From Eledone cirrhosa (taxonomy: Eukaryota), in contig OZ024744.1 of NCBI GenBank assembly GCA_964016885.1, forward strand, positions 73,656,001 to 73,720,000: a stretch of 64,000 nucleotides of DNA, given 5' to 3'. The position numbers and the translations under genes were made by a program. The notes beneath the pieces are model-generated. The model was not told the DNA's origin. It ran no database searches and saw only the letters and a program-made list of their open reading frames with translations. The number at the start of each line of letters is the position of its first letter. The stretch's first letter is position 1. This document shows, one piece after another, positions 30,044 to 49,100 of this stretch.

Positions 30044-31397
30044 GAATACTGTGATTATAATTAATATTATTTTCATATTTTTTTCTATATACTCAATATT
30101 ATTGTTATATCCAGCTTTATGTAACGCTTCATTATAATATACAGCTTTACTATTAAATATGGATCTATTAGCAGATAGTCTGGATATTCGTTGTTGCACA
30201 CTGTTGACTATTGCATTCTTAACACTTTTAGGATGATTAGAATAAAAACTAACATAATTTAAGTTCTTATTGAGTTTATGGAAAGGAGTATAATAAAGGC
30301 CTGAGTTCAAATTAAGAGTTACATCTAGAAAATTAACTATTTTTATTATTATTTTCTACTTCTAATTTCAGGTCGTAATTTTAAAAAAATTCTTTAATTA
30401 CTGTCGTTACACTATTTAATTCGCTATTATTATGTTTTTCTACAATAAATAATATTGCGTCTCTATATAAACCACCGGTAATCTCCGGAAGTTTTCTATT
30501 TATCATGTTAAGGATGAACATTCCCACAAGATCGGTAACTTGCGCCGAATCAGACGAGCCCATAGTAATGTCAACATTCTTCTGCCTATCCTATCTAGTC
30601 CAAAGATCATTATTAAAATCTATCAATGTTCGCCTTGCTGTTAAAATAATAATCTCATCACTAGATAGATCCGTGTGTTTATATGGATATGATAGCGCCT
30701 TATTTAGTAGGTTAGGAGTTATCGAGGAATAATAACTCGCAATGTCCATTTGAATGAACTTATGATTATTTTTATTTTCGATATTATTGAACCAATCTAT
30801 GACTTCACTAGTGCCCTTCCATAGATTTAACCTTGACCCCAATTTAAGAGTTGATAAAATCCTATCTATTATGTTTCTACTAATTATTCCGAGATCTGAT
30901 TTCGAAGGTGCAATAAGTCTAACAGGTAAGTCCTCTTCAAAATTTCTTTTATGGTATTTAAAATGTATACGCGGTTGCCTTGGTATGAAGGGTTCGGTTT
31001 TCCGCTCTATTCCAAGATTAGTGATAATTTCAAATGCATCACTATAAATATCCAATAAATCCTCACTTGGAGCCTTTTTGTAATTTTTTCTAAATTCTTT
31101 TAAAATTAAGTCCTCATATCTTTCAATCCCATATAGGTTGTTCGTTTTGTCTGATTTCACTAATATTTTATAAATTATTTCCTTTAGACCTCTAAGGTAT
31201 TCCTGGCCTCTATATGGTTTTTTTAATTTTATTTTATATTCCTTAATATATTTATAATTTCGTTTTCGAAATTAGCCAAGAGTTTGTTGTAAGGAGAATT
31301 TTTCATAGATTTAATAATATGCTCGAAATTGTGGTTGGTTTTTTTTTTCTTATCCGTTTTCTCTTTATTTTCAAAGTGGTTATATTTTAATCTTTGG

Positions 31398-31434
<37 letters not shown>

Positions 31435-31438
<4 letters not shown>

Positions 31439-31935
31439 TTTTTCTGATTTACTCGTTTTATTTACAATCCTTTAAAATTATAATGATATTGTAATGAAAT
31501 AGTATGGTAGAATATTAAATGTTAAGTGTTAATTGAACAAGTACTTTCATGCTTTCGAAATTTTCAGGTTCATATTCAGTGGTGACACTCAAGTTTGCAA
31601 TTTTCAACTGTAATGAGATGGGTAAATTCTGTGCCTTATATACAGTAAAAAGGGGCTACGTCAACCAACCGTGACGCCTAAACCAACCAGCTTTAGTAAT
31701 CTAGTGAAAATACACACCGATTCGTCGAAATACAGTTTGCAAAACTTAGCATTCTGTAGCCCCATTTTACTTTATATAAGGCACCGAATTTATCCATCTC
31801 ATTACAGTTAAAAATTGCAAACTTGACTGTCATCACTGAATATTGCGAAAGCATGAATGTACTTGTTCAATTAACACTTATCATTTAATATTCTACCATA
31901 CTATTTCATTATAATATCATTATAATTTTAAAGGA
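31435..31935. repeat. Diverged inverted repeat (31468-31659 / 31757-31935) with a degenerate hammerhead
   Basis: Reverse complement of 31535-31571 reads gaac-CTGAAAA-tttcgaaagcat-GAAA-gtac-TT-gttc (core G8 lost). Confidence 0.65.
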
Positions 31936-32648
31936 AAACCTTTCAAGATACTAAGTTTTTCACTGAGGCAGAGAAGATGACAATTTTAGTACCGTTGGTG
32001 TGTAATTTTGTGTGGGACTCCTTTATTATTCAATTACCAGACTGTTTTTCCAGGGACGTACTGGTTCTCATATCAGGGTGTCTAAAGAAGTGAAGATGCG
32101 TGTAGAATCATTTTTAAACCGATCTTGCACCATACGCCATGTCTTTCAGTCGCCACAAAATAGTCTGTGTTGGTGTGAGTATAGGTATCTTTTTCATCGA
32201 AGTATCTATGTCCAGTTTTATGATCATTTCCAGTAACGGTATTTGTTAAGAGCCGTGAGGGAGGTTGAATAATATGCGGATTCACGATGTGTATCGAGCG
32301 GCGACCACGTTTAAAAAAAGATACACAATACATTAATAGAGTATAGTCATGATTCTACCAAAAAAAAAAGAAAAAAATCCTTGATCAGGAGAACGGATGG
32401 GTTTGTCAAGTTTAGTAAGATACTTTCATGGTGATTTTTACGAAAGAAACAGTTCTTGTCCCGTAGAAGATATTTCTGTAATAAAATAATGATACCTACA
32501 CTCTAATATCCTATTGAGTACCTTTTTTAACTGTACTTACCTCAAGATGTTGTTCGGGAATCCACATATTATATATTTATATATGTATATATATTGCTAT
32601 TAAGTTAAATATGGCCTGGGGCCAATACTGGCCAAAACCTATCAAAGT

Positions 32649-33989
<1,341 letters not shown>

Positions 33990-33996
33990 ATATATA

Positions 33997-39982
<5,986 letters not shown>

Positions 39983-40011
39983 CATTATTATTATTATTAT
40001 TATTATTGTTA

Positions 40012-43000
40012 TTACTCTTTGAGTCTCAGTCATTGATATTAGTTAACTGGAAAGTTTGTTGAGAAGAATATCAAGCCACTACCTGCAGCCTCAGATATTC
40101 AGGACGTATCGGGGGGTTCTTGCTGTTCCCAGCAAGCATGCCTTTTGAAGCGTTCCAAAAAGCGTGAAGGGGCAAATTTTCTTTAACCATCCCTGGAAAC
40201 TTTTTGAGATAGTCCCCAGTGCGCCTATGACAATCGGGATCACTTTGACTTCATGGCAGTTCCAAATCCTTTTTACCCCCCATTTTAAGTCTTGGTATCG
40301 GTTAATTTTCTCCCTCTCCTTCTCTTGCACTCTCGTGTCGAATGGGCAGGCCACATCCACAATCAGGCACGATCTTTTTTCTTTGTCCACAACCACCAGG
40401 TCAGGTCTATTGTGTTCCAGTTTCTTGTCCGTCTGTATCCTAAAATCCCACAGCACCTTCACCTGATCGTTTTCTATCACCACCTCTGGCTTATGCTCAT
40501 ACCACTTCTCAGAATGTGGTAAATTGTTTACTTCGCATAGATGCCAGTGGATCACCCTGCCCATCACATCATGTCTCCAGCCCTTATAGTGAGTCTGGGC
40601 TAGGTGTTTACACTCGGATACAATGTGAGCCACAGTCTCCTCTCTCTCTCCACAGATCCTGCACAGTGGGCTAGCCTCCTCCTTGTAGATATGGTGCTTC
40701 AACCACTTCGTTTTGAGGGCCTGCTCCTGCGCAGCCATTAGCATTCCTTCTGTAGCCTTTTTGAGGTCTCCTCTTCTCAACCAGTTCCATGTCTGTGGAT
40801 CTCTAAATTCAGTTTTCTCAAAGAAGGTACTATGAAGGGATTTTCCCTTAAGGCTGCTCTTCCTCCTTGATGTTATTTCCTCCTTGGATATCCCCTGGCC
40901 TACTGTCCCCTCCTTCAGTACAGCTCTGAGCATTGGCTCCTTACTATAGGTCACGTATTTGTATAGGTTGTTTTTCTCCATCTGAACACAGTCCTCTATG
41001 CTGATAAGACCTCTTCCACCCTCAGATCTCCTTAGGTAGAGTCTATCGACATCACTCCTCTTGTGGAACATGTTGTAGATAGTCAATAGCTTCCTAGTCT
41101 TCCTATCCATTTCTTTTTGTTCAGCAACATTCCATCTCAGAATTCCCGCACTGTACCTAATAATAGACACAGCTCGGGAATTTACTGCGCTTATGGCATT
41201 TCTGCTGTTCAGATGTGACTTCAATACGCTCCTTACTCTCCGAATGTATTCAGTTCTTAACAATTCCTTCATTTTTTTGTTCTTTATGCCATCAGCCTCC
41301 AGAACGCCCAAATACTTGTATCCTTCCTCAGAGTCAATTTCCTTTATCATCTCACCTGTTGGTATCTGGATCCCGTTACTTCTGCTCAACCTACCCCTCC
41401 TCATCACAATGACTCCACATTTACCAATACCAAACTGCATACATATATCACTGCTGAAAATACGGACAGTGTCAACAAGCACATCCAACTCCTTCTCACT
41501 TTTCCCGAAGAGCTTAAGATCGTCCATGAAGAGGAGGTGATTGATGGTAAGCTCTCCCCTTCCCAACTTGTATCCTGCTCTCACTTTTCGCAGCATAATG
41601 GTCAAGGGCATCAGGGCAAGGACAAACAACAGAGGGGACAGGCTATCTCCCTGGAAGATACCTCTCTTGATCTTCACGCTTCCCAAGGATACTCCAGTTG
41701 ATGTCAACTCTGTCTCCCAGGACCCCATACTCCTGCCCAGCAACTGTCTGATGTTATCTGCCACCCTGAAGATCTCCAGGCTTTTGGTGATCCAGGAATG
41801 AGGCACCATGTCAAATGCCTTTCTGTAGTCTATCCATCCCATGGCAAGATCAGTGTGTCTCCTCCTGCAATTCCCCATTACCATCTTATCAATAAGCAAC
41901 TGGTCCTTTGTACCACGTGACTTCTTTCGGCATCCTTTCTGTTCGTCCGGCAACAAGTTGTTTGTGTGGAGGTGATGGTAGATTTCCTCAGACACAATGC
42001 TCGTCAACAGTTTCCACATTACGGGCAGACATGTGATAGGTCTATAGTTGGTAACATCATTACCCTTGATTCGGTCTTTCATTATCAGAACTGTGGTACC
42101 TTTTGTCAACCACTCTGGCACCTCACCCGACACCAAGCAGTCATTGAACATGGCCGTCAGCTTCGGGTGGAGGGATGTTAAATGTTTAATCCAATACCCC
42201 TGCACACCATCTGGGCCTGGTGATTTCCAGTTGGTTAGTTTTTTGGCTTGCCCCTTAAGAGTTTCAACTGTGATACTCAAATCAGTCTGTTGCTGTGCCT
42301 GCTCACCGATCTCCCTCTGTACTGTCTCAATCCACCCTGCCTGGGCATTGTGTCTAACATCCTGCTCCCATATTCCTCTCCAGAATGTTTTAGTTTGTTC
42401 CGCCCCAGGGATCAAGTCGTTGCCTCTTTCTTTCCCCTCAAGCTGTCCAAACAGCATCTTCTGGTTGTTGTCGAACATGCGGTTCTGTTTATACTGACTG
42501 ACTCTGTTCTCGTATCGCCTGATTTTGGCACTCTTTGCTACAATGCGTTGCTTCAATTCCTCTATGATAATATTTAGCTTTTTACTCCTAGTTTTGTATT
42601 TTATTTCCAGTCTATTTTTAGTGCCTATGTTTTTTAGTGTCCCATTCAGTAGTGACTCAAGCTTTCCTATGTCATTTCTCATTTCCTCGATTTGCCCACT
42701 CAGTCGCTTCTTCCACCACGGCTCTGCTCTTTCTTGTCTGTTGTTTCCTCTCGCTTTTATACCAAGTAGTTTCCTCACCGTATTTGCTGTTGCTTTGAGG
42801 ATATTGTTGCACTGGTGAAGACTCCTCGCCTCAAGGTATGGGATGACTTTGTTTACCTTAGCTGTTGTTTCTTTTAACTTTTTCCTGTCTACAAATCTTA
42901 GGTTCATAGGTCCCCCACTATCATTGTTCAACTCATCTACCACTAAATTTAGGATGTCAACCGAATCTTGTCCTAGCCCGTCAGCATTCATCTCCTCAGT

Positions 43001-43651
43001 GGCCGTATCTCTGTTCCAGGTATTATTTATCTCAGTATTCAGATCATTGTCTGCTTCGGGTGGTTCCTCCGTTCTCAGGACCTCCTCACCTTCATTTCCC
43101 GCCGGCTCGCTTGTCTGGCATACTACACCCGCCATCTCCAAGCCATTCTCTCTGCTCAGTTCCTCCAGTTCCAGCTCGCTTATCCACCCATTAGTTCTTA
43201 TTACCCGAGCCTGCCCGGCCAATTTTTGTTCATCTAATTTAAATAAACCAATCTCGTTCCAGATGTTATGCATCCGTCTCCTGTAGCCCCTCTCCTTGGG
43301 GTTACTTTTCAGGTAGCATTGCATAACAGTTCTATTCAATTCTTTCGTCCAGTTGGTTCTGGCCCCTTTCCTTCTTCTTCTTCCTCCAACATCAGCAGTA
43401 TTTGGTTGACAGTCAGGTTCCTGCTGCTGAGCCAGGGGGCACCTGTTGGGTGAGAGTCTGTCACATGACGTTCTAGTCTCCATTTCACCGTTATTCGAAC
43501 TGTTTATGTTCGATATTTAAACACTCTTATCGAGGATTGGCGAATGTATGTTTACATAGCCATCTGTGGATCCGCCATCCCACTTGGCCCTTGTGTGGCA
43601 TTATCACCACGCTGTATACGGACACACATAAACAAACAAACACACGGGCAG
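40012..43651 (-). mobile_element. Full-length R4/Dong-type element flanked by (TAA)n on both sides
   Basis: (att)n at 39983-40010 and 43652-43685; ~170-nt 5' UTR and ~75-nt 3' UTR. Confidence 0.92.
40091..43483 (-). CDS. Intact single ORF of an R4/Dong-clade non-LTR retrotransposon (RT plus CCHC plus restriction-like endonuclease), 1130 aa
   Basis: NWKSPGPD, YRPITCL, IDYRKAFD, GIFQGDSLSP, HLLFMDDLKL, CRIC...ET..H..S.C, RHD, RPDLVV, IVDVACP, EK...Y..L; no stops. Confidence 0.95.
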   Translation of the reverse strand: METRTSCDRLSPNRCPLAQQQEPDCQPNTADVGGRRRRKGARTNWTKELNRTVMQCYLKSNPKERGYRRRMHNIWNEIGLFKLDEQKLAGQARVIRTNGWISELELEELSRENGLEMAGVVCQTSEPAGNEGEEVLRTEEPPEADNDLNTEINNTWNRDTATEEMNADGLGQDSVDILNLVVDELNNDSGGPMNLRFVDRKKLKETTAKVNKVIPYLEARSLHQCNNILKATANTVRKLLGIKARGNNRQERAEPWWKKRLSGQIEEMRNDIGKLESLLNGTLKNIGTKNRLEIKYKTRSKKLNIIIEELKQRIVAKSAKIRRYENRVSQYKQNRMFDNNQKMLFGQLEGKERGNDLIPGAEQTKTFWRGIWEQDVRHNAQAGWIETVQREIGEQAQQQTDLSITVETLKGQAKKLTNWKSPGPDGVQGYWIKHLTSLHPKLTAMFNDCLVSGEVPEWLTKGTTVLIMKDRIKGNDVTNYRPITCLPVMWKLLTSIVSEEIYHHLHTNNLLPDEQKGCRKKSRGTKDQLLIDKMVMGNCRRRHTDLAMGWIDYRKAFDMVPHSWITKSLEIFRVADNIRQLLGRSMGSWETELTSTGVSLGSVKIKRGIFQGDSLSPLLFVLALMPLTIMLRKVRAGYKLGRGELTINHLLFMDDLKLFGKSEKELDVLVDTVRIFSSDICMQFGIGKCGVIVMRRGRLSRSNGIQIPTGEMIKEIDSEEGYKYLGVLEADGIKNKKMKELLRTEYIRRVRSVLKSHLNSRNAISAVNSRAVSIIRYSAGILRWNVAEQKEMDRKTRKLLTIYNMFHKRSDVDRLYLRRSEGGRGLISIEDCVQMEKNNLYKYVTYSKEPMLRAVLKEGTVGQGISKEEITSRRKSSLKGKSLHSTFFEKTEFRDPQTWNWLRRGDLKKATEGMLMAAQEQALKTKWLKHHIYKEEASPLCRICGEREETVAHIVSECKHLAQTHYKGWRHDVMGRVIHWHLCEVNNLPHSEKWYEHKPEVVIENDQVKVLWDFRIQTDKKLEHNRPDLVVVDKEKRSCLIVDVACPFDTRVQEKEREKINRYQDLKWGVKRIWNCHEVKVIPIVIGALGTISKSFQGWLKKICPFTLFGTLQKACLLGTARTPRYVLNI

Positions 43652-43685
43652 ATTATTATTATTATTATTATTATTGTTATTGTTA

Positions 43686-44721
43686 TTCCTTGAATCTCAG
43701 TCATTGATGTTGGTTAACTGGAAAGTCCGTTGGATTGAATATCAAGCCACTACCTGCAGCCTCAGATATTCAGGACGTATCGGAGGGTTCTTGCCGTTCC
43801 AAGCAAGCATGCCTTTTGAAGCGTTCCAAAAAGCGTGAAGGGGCCGATTTTCTTTAACCAGCCCTGGAAACCTTTGGAGATAGTCCCCAGTGCGCCTATG
43901 ACAATCGGGATCACTTTGACTTCATGGCAGTTCCAAATCCTTTTCACCTCCCACTTTAGGTCCTGGTATCGGTTAATTTTCTCCCTCTCCTTCTCTTGCA
44001 CTCTCGTGTCGAACGGGCAGGCCACATCCACAATCAGGCACGATCTTTTTTCTTTGTCCACAACCACCAGGTCAGGTCTATTGTGTTCCAGTTTTTTGTC
44101 CGTCTGTATCCTAAAATCCCACAGCACCTTCACCTGACTGTTCTCCATCACCGCCTCTGGCCTATGCTCATACCATTTCTCAGAATGTGGTAGATTGTTT
44201 ACTTTGCACAGGTGCCAGTGGATCACCCTGCCCATCACATCGTGTCTCCAGCCCTTATAGTGGGTCTGGGCTAGGTGTTTACACTCAGACACAATGTGAG
44301 CCACAGTCTCCTCTCTCTCTCCACAGATCCTGCACAGTGGGCTAGCCTCCTCCTTGTAGATATGGTGCTTCAACCACTTCGTTTTGAGGGCCTGCTCCTG
44401 CGCAGCCATTAGCATTCATTCTGTAGCCTTTTTGAGGTCTCCTCTTCTCAACCAGTTCCATGTCTGTGGATCTCTAAATTCAGTTTTCTCAAAGAAGGTA
44501 CTATGAAGGGATTTTCCCTTAAGGCTGCTCTTCCTCCTTGATGTTATTTCCTCCTTGGGTATCCCCTGGCCTACTGTCCCCTCCTTCAGTACAGCTCTGA
44601 GCATTGGCTCCTTACTATAGGTCACGTATTTGTATAGGTTGTTTTTCTCCATCTGAACACAGTCCTCTATGCTGATAAGACCTCTTCCACCCTCAGATCT
44701 CCTTAGGTAGAGTCTATCGAC
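43686..44721 (-). mobile_element. 5'-truncated second R4/Dong copy in the same (TAA)n tract
   Basis: Aligns to ~40015-41050, with one nonsense change near 44418, followed by (att)n to ~44810. Confidence 0.93.
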
Positions 44722-44731
44722 ATTATTATTA

Positions 44732-44807
<76 letters not shown>

Positions 44808-45044
44808 CATTTGGTTTTTTATTTTATCATCCTTACGGGGTCGATAAAATAAAGTACCACTAATGCACTGGGTAATTGCTGGCCTTGTGCTAAAAGTAGA
44901 AACAATTATTTTTATTATATTCTTATTACATTCTCTTTGGTACTATACCTCTATACTTACTGGAAACTACGCATCGAGTGCTCACTCTGGTGAACCTACA
45001 GTAACTGGATGTTACATTCCCTATATATATATATATATATATAT

Positions 45045-46048
45045 ATGGGATACATCACAAACGAGATCAAGCGGATAAAAGACAAAGGCAGTGTGGTGAG
45101 TGGTGCCACCCATACCAAGAAATTCCACAGAATAAGGAACCCCAGGCGCAGTAGGCAACACAACATGAGCGATAAATGGTTCTTCAAGATCATATACCTG
45201 GGCGATAAAATCACCAGCGCTATCCGCATCCAGTTGGCCCACTTGTGACCCTCCCTGCAGAGATGCCTTTCCATAAAGAAAACAAAAAAACGAAAAAAAA
45301 AACACTATAACACCGGAAATGCGTGCTTCTTCAGCAATTACCCGATACACCACACACACTGTTGCTTGCGCACATACGTTGTGTACAAGATCGAATGCGA
45401 CAAATGCAAGGAATTTTACATCGGCCGTAATACCCGACTGCTGCATATACGTATTAAGGAGCACGTCAGCATCAGAAACTCGTCTTTCCGGAAACACATC
45501 GACAAGTGTGGAAACAAGGACAAGACACTCACTGTCACAGTGCTAGCAACAGAGTGTAACATTGGCACTCTAAGGGTGAAGACAGCTCTCTGGATAAATT
45601 GATTAGAGCCTCCAATAAACAGCAGATCTGAGGCGGAGGACTATGTTGGTGTGATATTGGTTAAGACATGCGCACACACACACACACAGATACAGCAGCA
45701 ATATCTAGAACGATCTTTCGTTTACCCCACGCAAAATAAAGTCATACACACACACAAATAGAACAAACAATCAAACTAGTGACAAGTAAATAGACTAAAT
45801 AAAATAGATAAACATACATACAAACGGATGTAACGTATGCGCAAACTAAGCACACAACATACAAGATGGTGTAGGACAGAACAAAGTCACTGAGTAGGTT
45901 ACAAAATGTGTGACGAAAGAGCTTTGACAATATACAAACAACCACATCCGGTTATCGAAACAACCAGCCAACTGGAAATCTATAATAAATTGAAGTGAAA
46001 ACCGACTGGTGCGTGTGTTTTTATTGGCAGTATGACCCTCCCAAAGTG

Positions 46049-46055
<7 letters not shown>
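45045..46055 (+). mobile_element. Decayed PLE 3' fragment (GIY-YIG with CxxC) and degenerate hammerhead (45886-45928)
   Basis: VVYKIECDKCKEFYIGRNTRLLHIRIKEH; gtca-CTGAGTA-ggttaca..tgtgac-GAAA-gagc-TT-tgac. Confidence 0.8.
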
Positions 46056-46094
<39 letters not shown>

Positions 46095-46101
<7 letters not shown>

Positions 46102-49100
46102 GACGTAAAATAAGAAAATATTTTTTTAAAAAAATTAAAAAAAAATTTTTTTCTTACTTAAATTTTCACTCCAACTAATTAGTTTCTGCAATGGGATAAA
46201 GACAGTTACGTAATCCAACTGTCGAGAATTCATTGCGTCATCAGGAAGTCTATTCTCAGTTAAGTCTCCAGGCAATGCGCGGACACTGGCGGCTCATATA
46301 AAAATAATAATAATTCGGTAGATCGAACAGCTTGCGAGGACTGGATTCTATGTACCGAAATTCTCACTGCTTCAAGTCAAATGGCCGATTCTAAAGAATC
46401 AATCACGTGACACAGAGGCTAGTTAGAAGGAATGGGATGGTAAGATGACTGACGCCTACTAACACCCCAAAAAAAAATTTTTTTAGAAGTGGTTTTGACA
46501 AGTTTGCTCGACAAATCAGTGATTTGGAGATAAATATAGATAATTTAATATATCAACTAACATAAGCGCACAGATGCACGCCCATGCCAGCAAATACACA
46601 GGTTATGTCATAGTACCTAGGTGGTTCAATGCAGGAGAATGCAGAACAATAATATAAAGGACGTAAAATAAGAAAATATTTTTTTAAAAAAATTTAAAAA
46701 AAATTTTTTTCTTACTTAAATTTTCACTCCAACTAATTAGTTTCTGCAATGGGATAAAGACAGTTACGTAATCCAACTGTCGAGAATTCATTGCGTCATC
46801 AGGAAGTCTATTCTCAGTTAAGTCTCCAGGCAATGCGCGGACACTGGCGGCTCATATAAAAATAATAATAATTCGGTAGATCGAACAGCTTGCGAGGACT
46901 GGATTCTATGTACCGAAATTCTCACTGCTTCAAGTCAAATGGCCGATTCTAAAGAATCAATCACGTGACACAGAGGCTAGTTAGAAGGAATGGGATGGTA
47001 AGATGACTGACGCCTACTAACACCCCAAAAAAAAATTTTTTTAGAAGTGGTTTTGACAAGTTTGCTCGACAAATCAGTGATTTGGAGATAAATATAGATA
47101 ATTTAATATATCAACTAACATAAGCGCACAGATGCACGCCCATGCCAGCAAATACACAGGTTATGTCATAGTACCTAGGTGGTTCAATGCAGGAGAATGC
47201 AGAACAATAATATAAAGGACGTAAAATAAGAAAATATTTTTTTAAAAAAATTAAAAAAAAATTTTTTTCTTACTTAAATTTTCACTCCAACTAATTAGTT
47301 TCTGCAATGGGATAAAGACAGTTACGTAATCCAACTGTCGAGAATTCATTGCGTCATCAGGAAGTCTATTCTCAGTTAAGTCTCCAGGCAATGCGCGGAC
47401 ACTGGCGGCTCATATAAAAATAATAATAATTCGGTAGATCGAACAGCTTGCGAGGACTGGATTCTATGTACCGAAATTCTCACTGCTTCAAGTCAAATGG
47501 CCGATTCTAAAGAATCAATCACGTGACACAGAGGCTAGTTAGAAGGAATGGGATGGTAAGATGACTGACGCCTACTAACACCCCAAAAAAAAAAATTTTT
47601 TTAGAAGTGGTTTTGACAAGTTTGCTCGACAAATCAGTGATTTGGAGATAAATATAGATAATTTAATATATCAACTAACATAAGCGCACAGATGCACGCC
47701 CATGCCAGCAAATACACAGGTTATGTCATAGTACCTAGGTGGTTCAATGCAGGAGAATGCAGAACAATAATATAAAGGACGTAAAATAAGAAAATATTTT
47801 TTTAAAAAAATTTAAAAAAAATTTTTTTCTTACTTAAATTTTCACTCCAACTAATTAGTTTCTGCAATGGGATAAAGACAGTTACGTAATCCAACTGTCG
47901 AGAATTCATTGCGTCATCAGGAAGTCTATTCTCAGTTAAGTCTCCAGACAATGCGCGGACACTGGCGGCTCATATAAAAATAATAATAATTCGGTAGATC
48001 GAACAGCTTGCGAGGACTGGATTCTATGTACCGAAATTCTCACTGCTTCAAGTCAAATGGCCGATTCTAAAGAATCAATCACGTGACACAGAGGCTAGTT
48101 AGAAGGAATGGGATGGTAAGATGACTGACGCCTACTAACACCCCAAAAAAAATTTTTTTAGAAGTGGTTTTGACAAGTTTGCTCGACAAATCAGTGATTT
48201 GGAGATAAATATAGATAATTTAATATATCAACTAACATAAGCGCACAGATGCACGCCCATGCCAGCAAATACACAGGTTATGTCATAGTACCTAGGTGGT
48301 TCAATGCAGGAGAATGCAGAACAATAATATAAAGGACGTAAAATAAGAAAATATTTTTTTAAAAAACCACCTAGGTACTATGAACCACCTAGGTACATTG
48401 AACCACCTAGGTACATTGAACCACCTAGGTACATTGAACCACCTAGGTACTATGACATAACCTGTGTATTTGCTGGCATGGGCGTGCATCTGTGCGCTTA
48501 TGTTAGTTGATATATTAAATTATCTATATTTATCTCCAAATCACTGATTTGTCGAGCAAACTTGTCAAAACCACTTCTAAAAAAATTTTTTTTTGGGGTG
48601 TTAGTAGGCGTCAGTCATCTTACCATCCCATTCCTTCTAACTAGCCTCTGTGTCACGTGATTGATTCTTTAGAATCGGCCATTTGACTTGAAGCAGTGAG
48701 AATTTCGGTACATAGAATCCAGTCCTCGCAAGCTGTTCGATCTACCGAATTATTATTATTTTTATATGAGCCGCCAGTGTCCGCGCATTGCCTGGAGACT
48801 TAACTGAGAATAGACTTCCTGATGACGCAATGAATTCTCGACAGTTGGATTACGTAACTGTCTTTATCCCATTGCAGAAACTAATTAGTTGGAGTGAAAA
48901 TTTAAGTAAGAAAAAAATTTATTTTAAATTTTTTTAAAAAAATATTTTCTTATTTTACGTCCTTTATATTATTGTTCTGCATTCTCCTGCATTGAACCAC
49001 CTAGGTACTATGACATAACCTGTGTATTTGCTGGCATGGGCGTGCATCTGTGCGCTTATGTTAGTTGATATATTAAATTATCTATATTTATCTCCAAATC

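Larger units (their letters stand above)
27460..31400 (-). mobile_element. Decayed Penelope-like element (possibly Naiad-type) with two SINE insertions
   Basis: ORF pieces KSDKTNNLY, MDIASYYSSI, MGSSDSAQVTDLVG, LYRD, KCNCRKKSECPL, LVYK...YIG, CNLC, CQH. Related to the 10831-12765 protein. Confidence 0.9.

Noticed and set aside
43484-43651. HDV-like ribozyme in the Dong 5' UTR
   Set aside because: I could not assemble P1/P1.1/P2/P3 with a catalytic C by eye.
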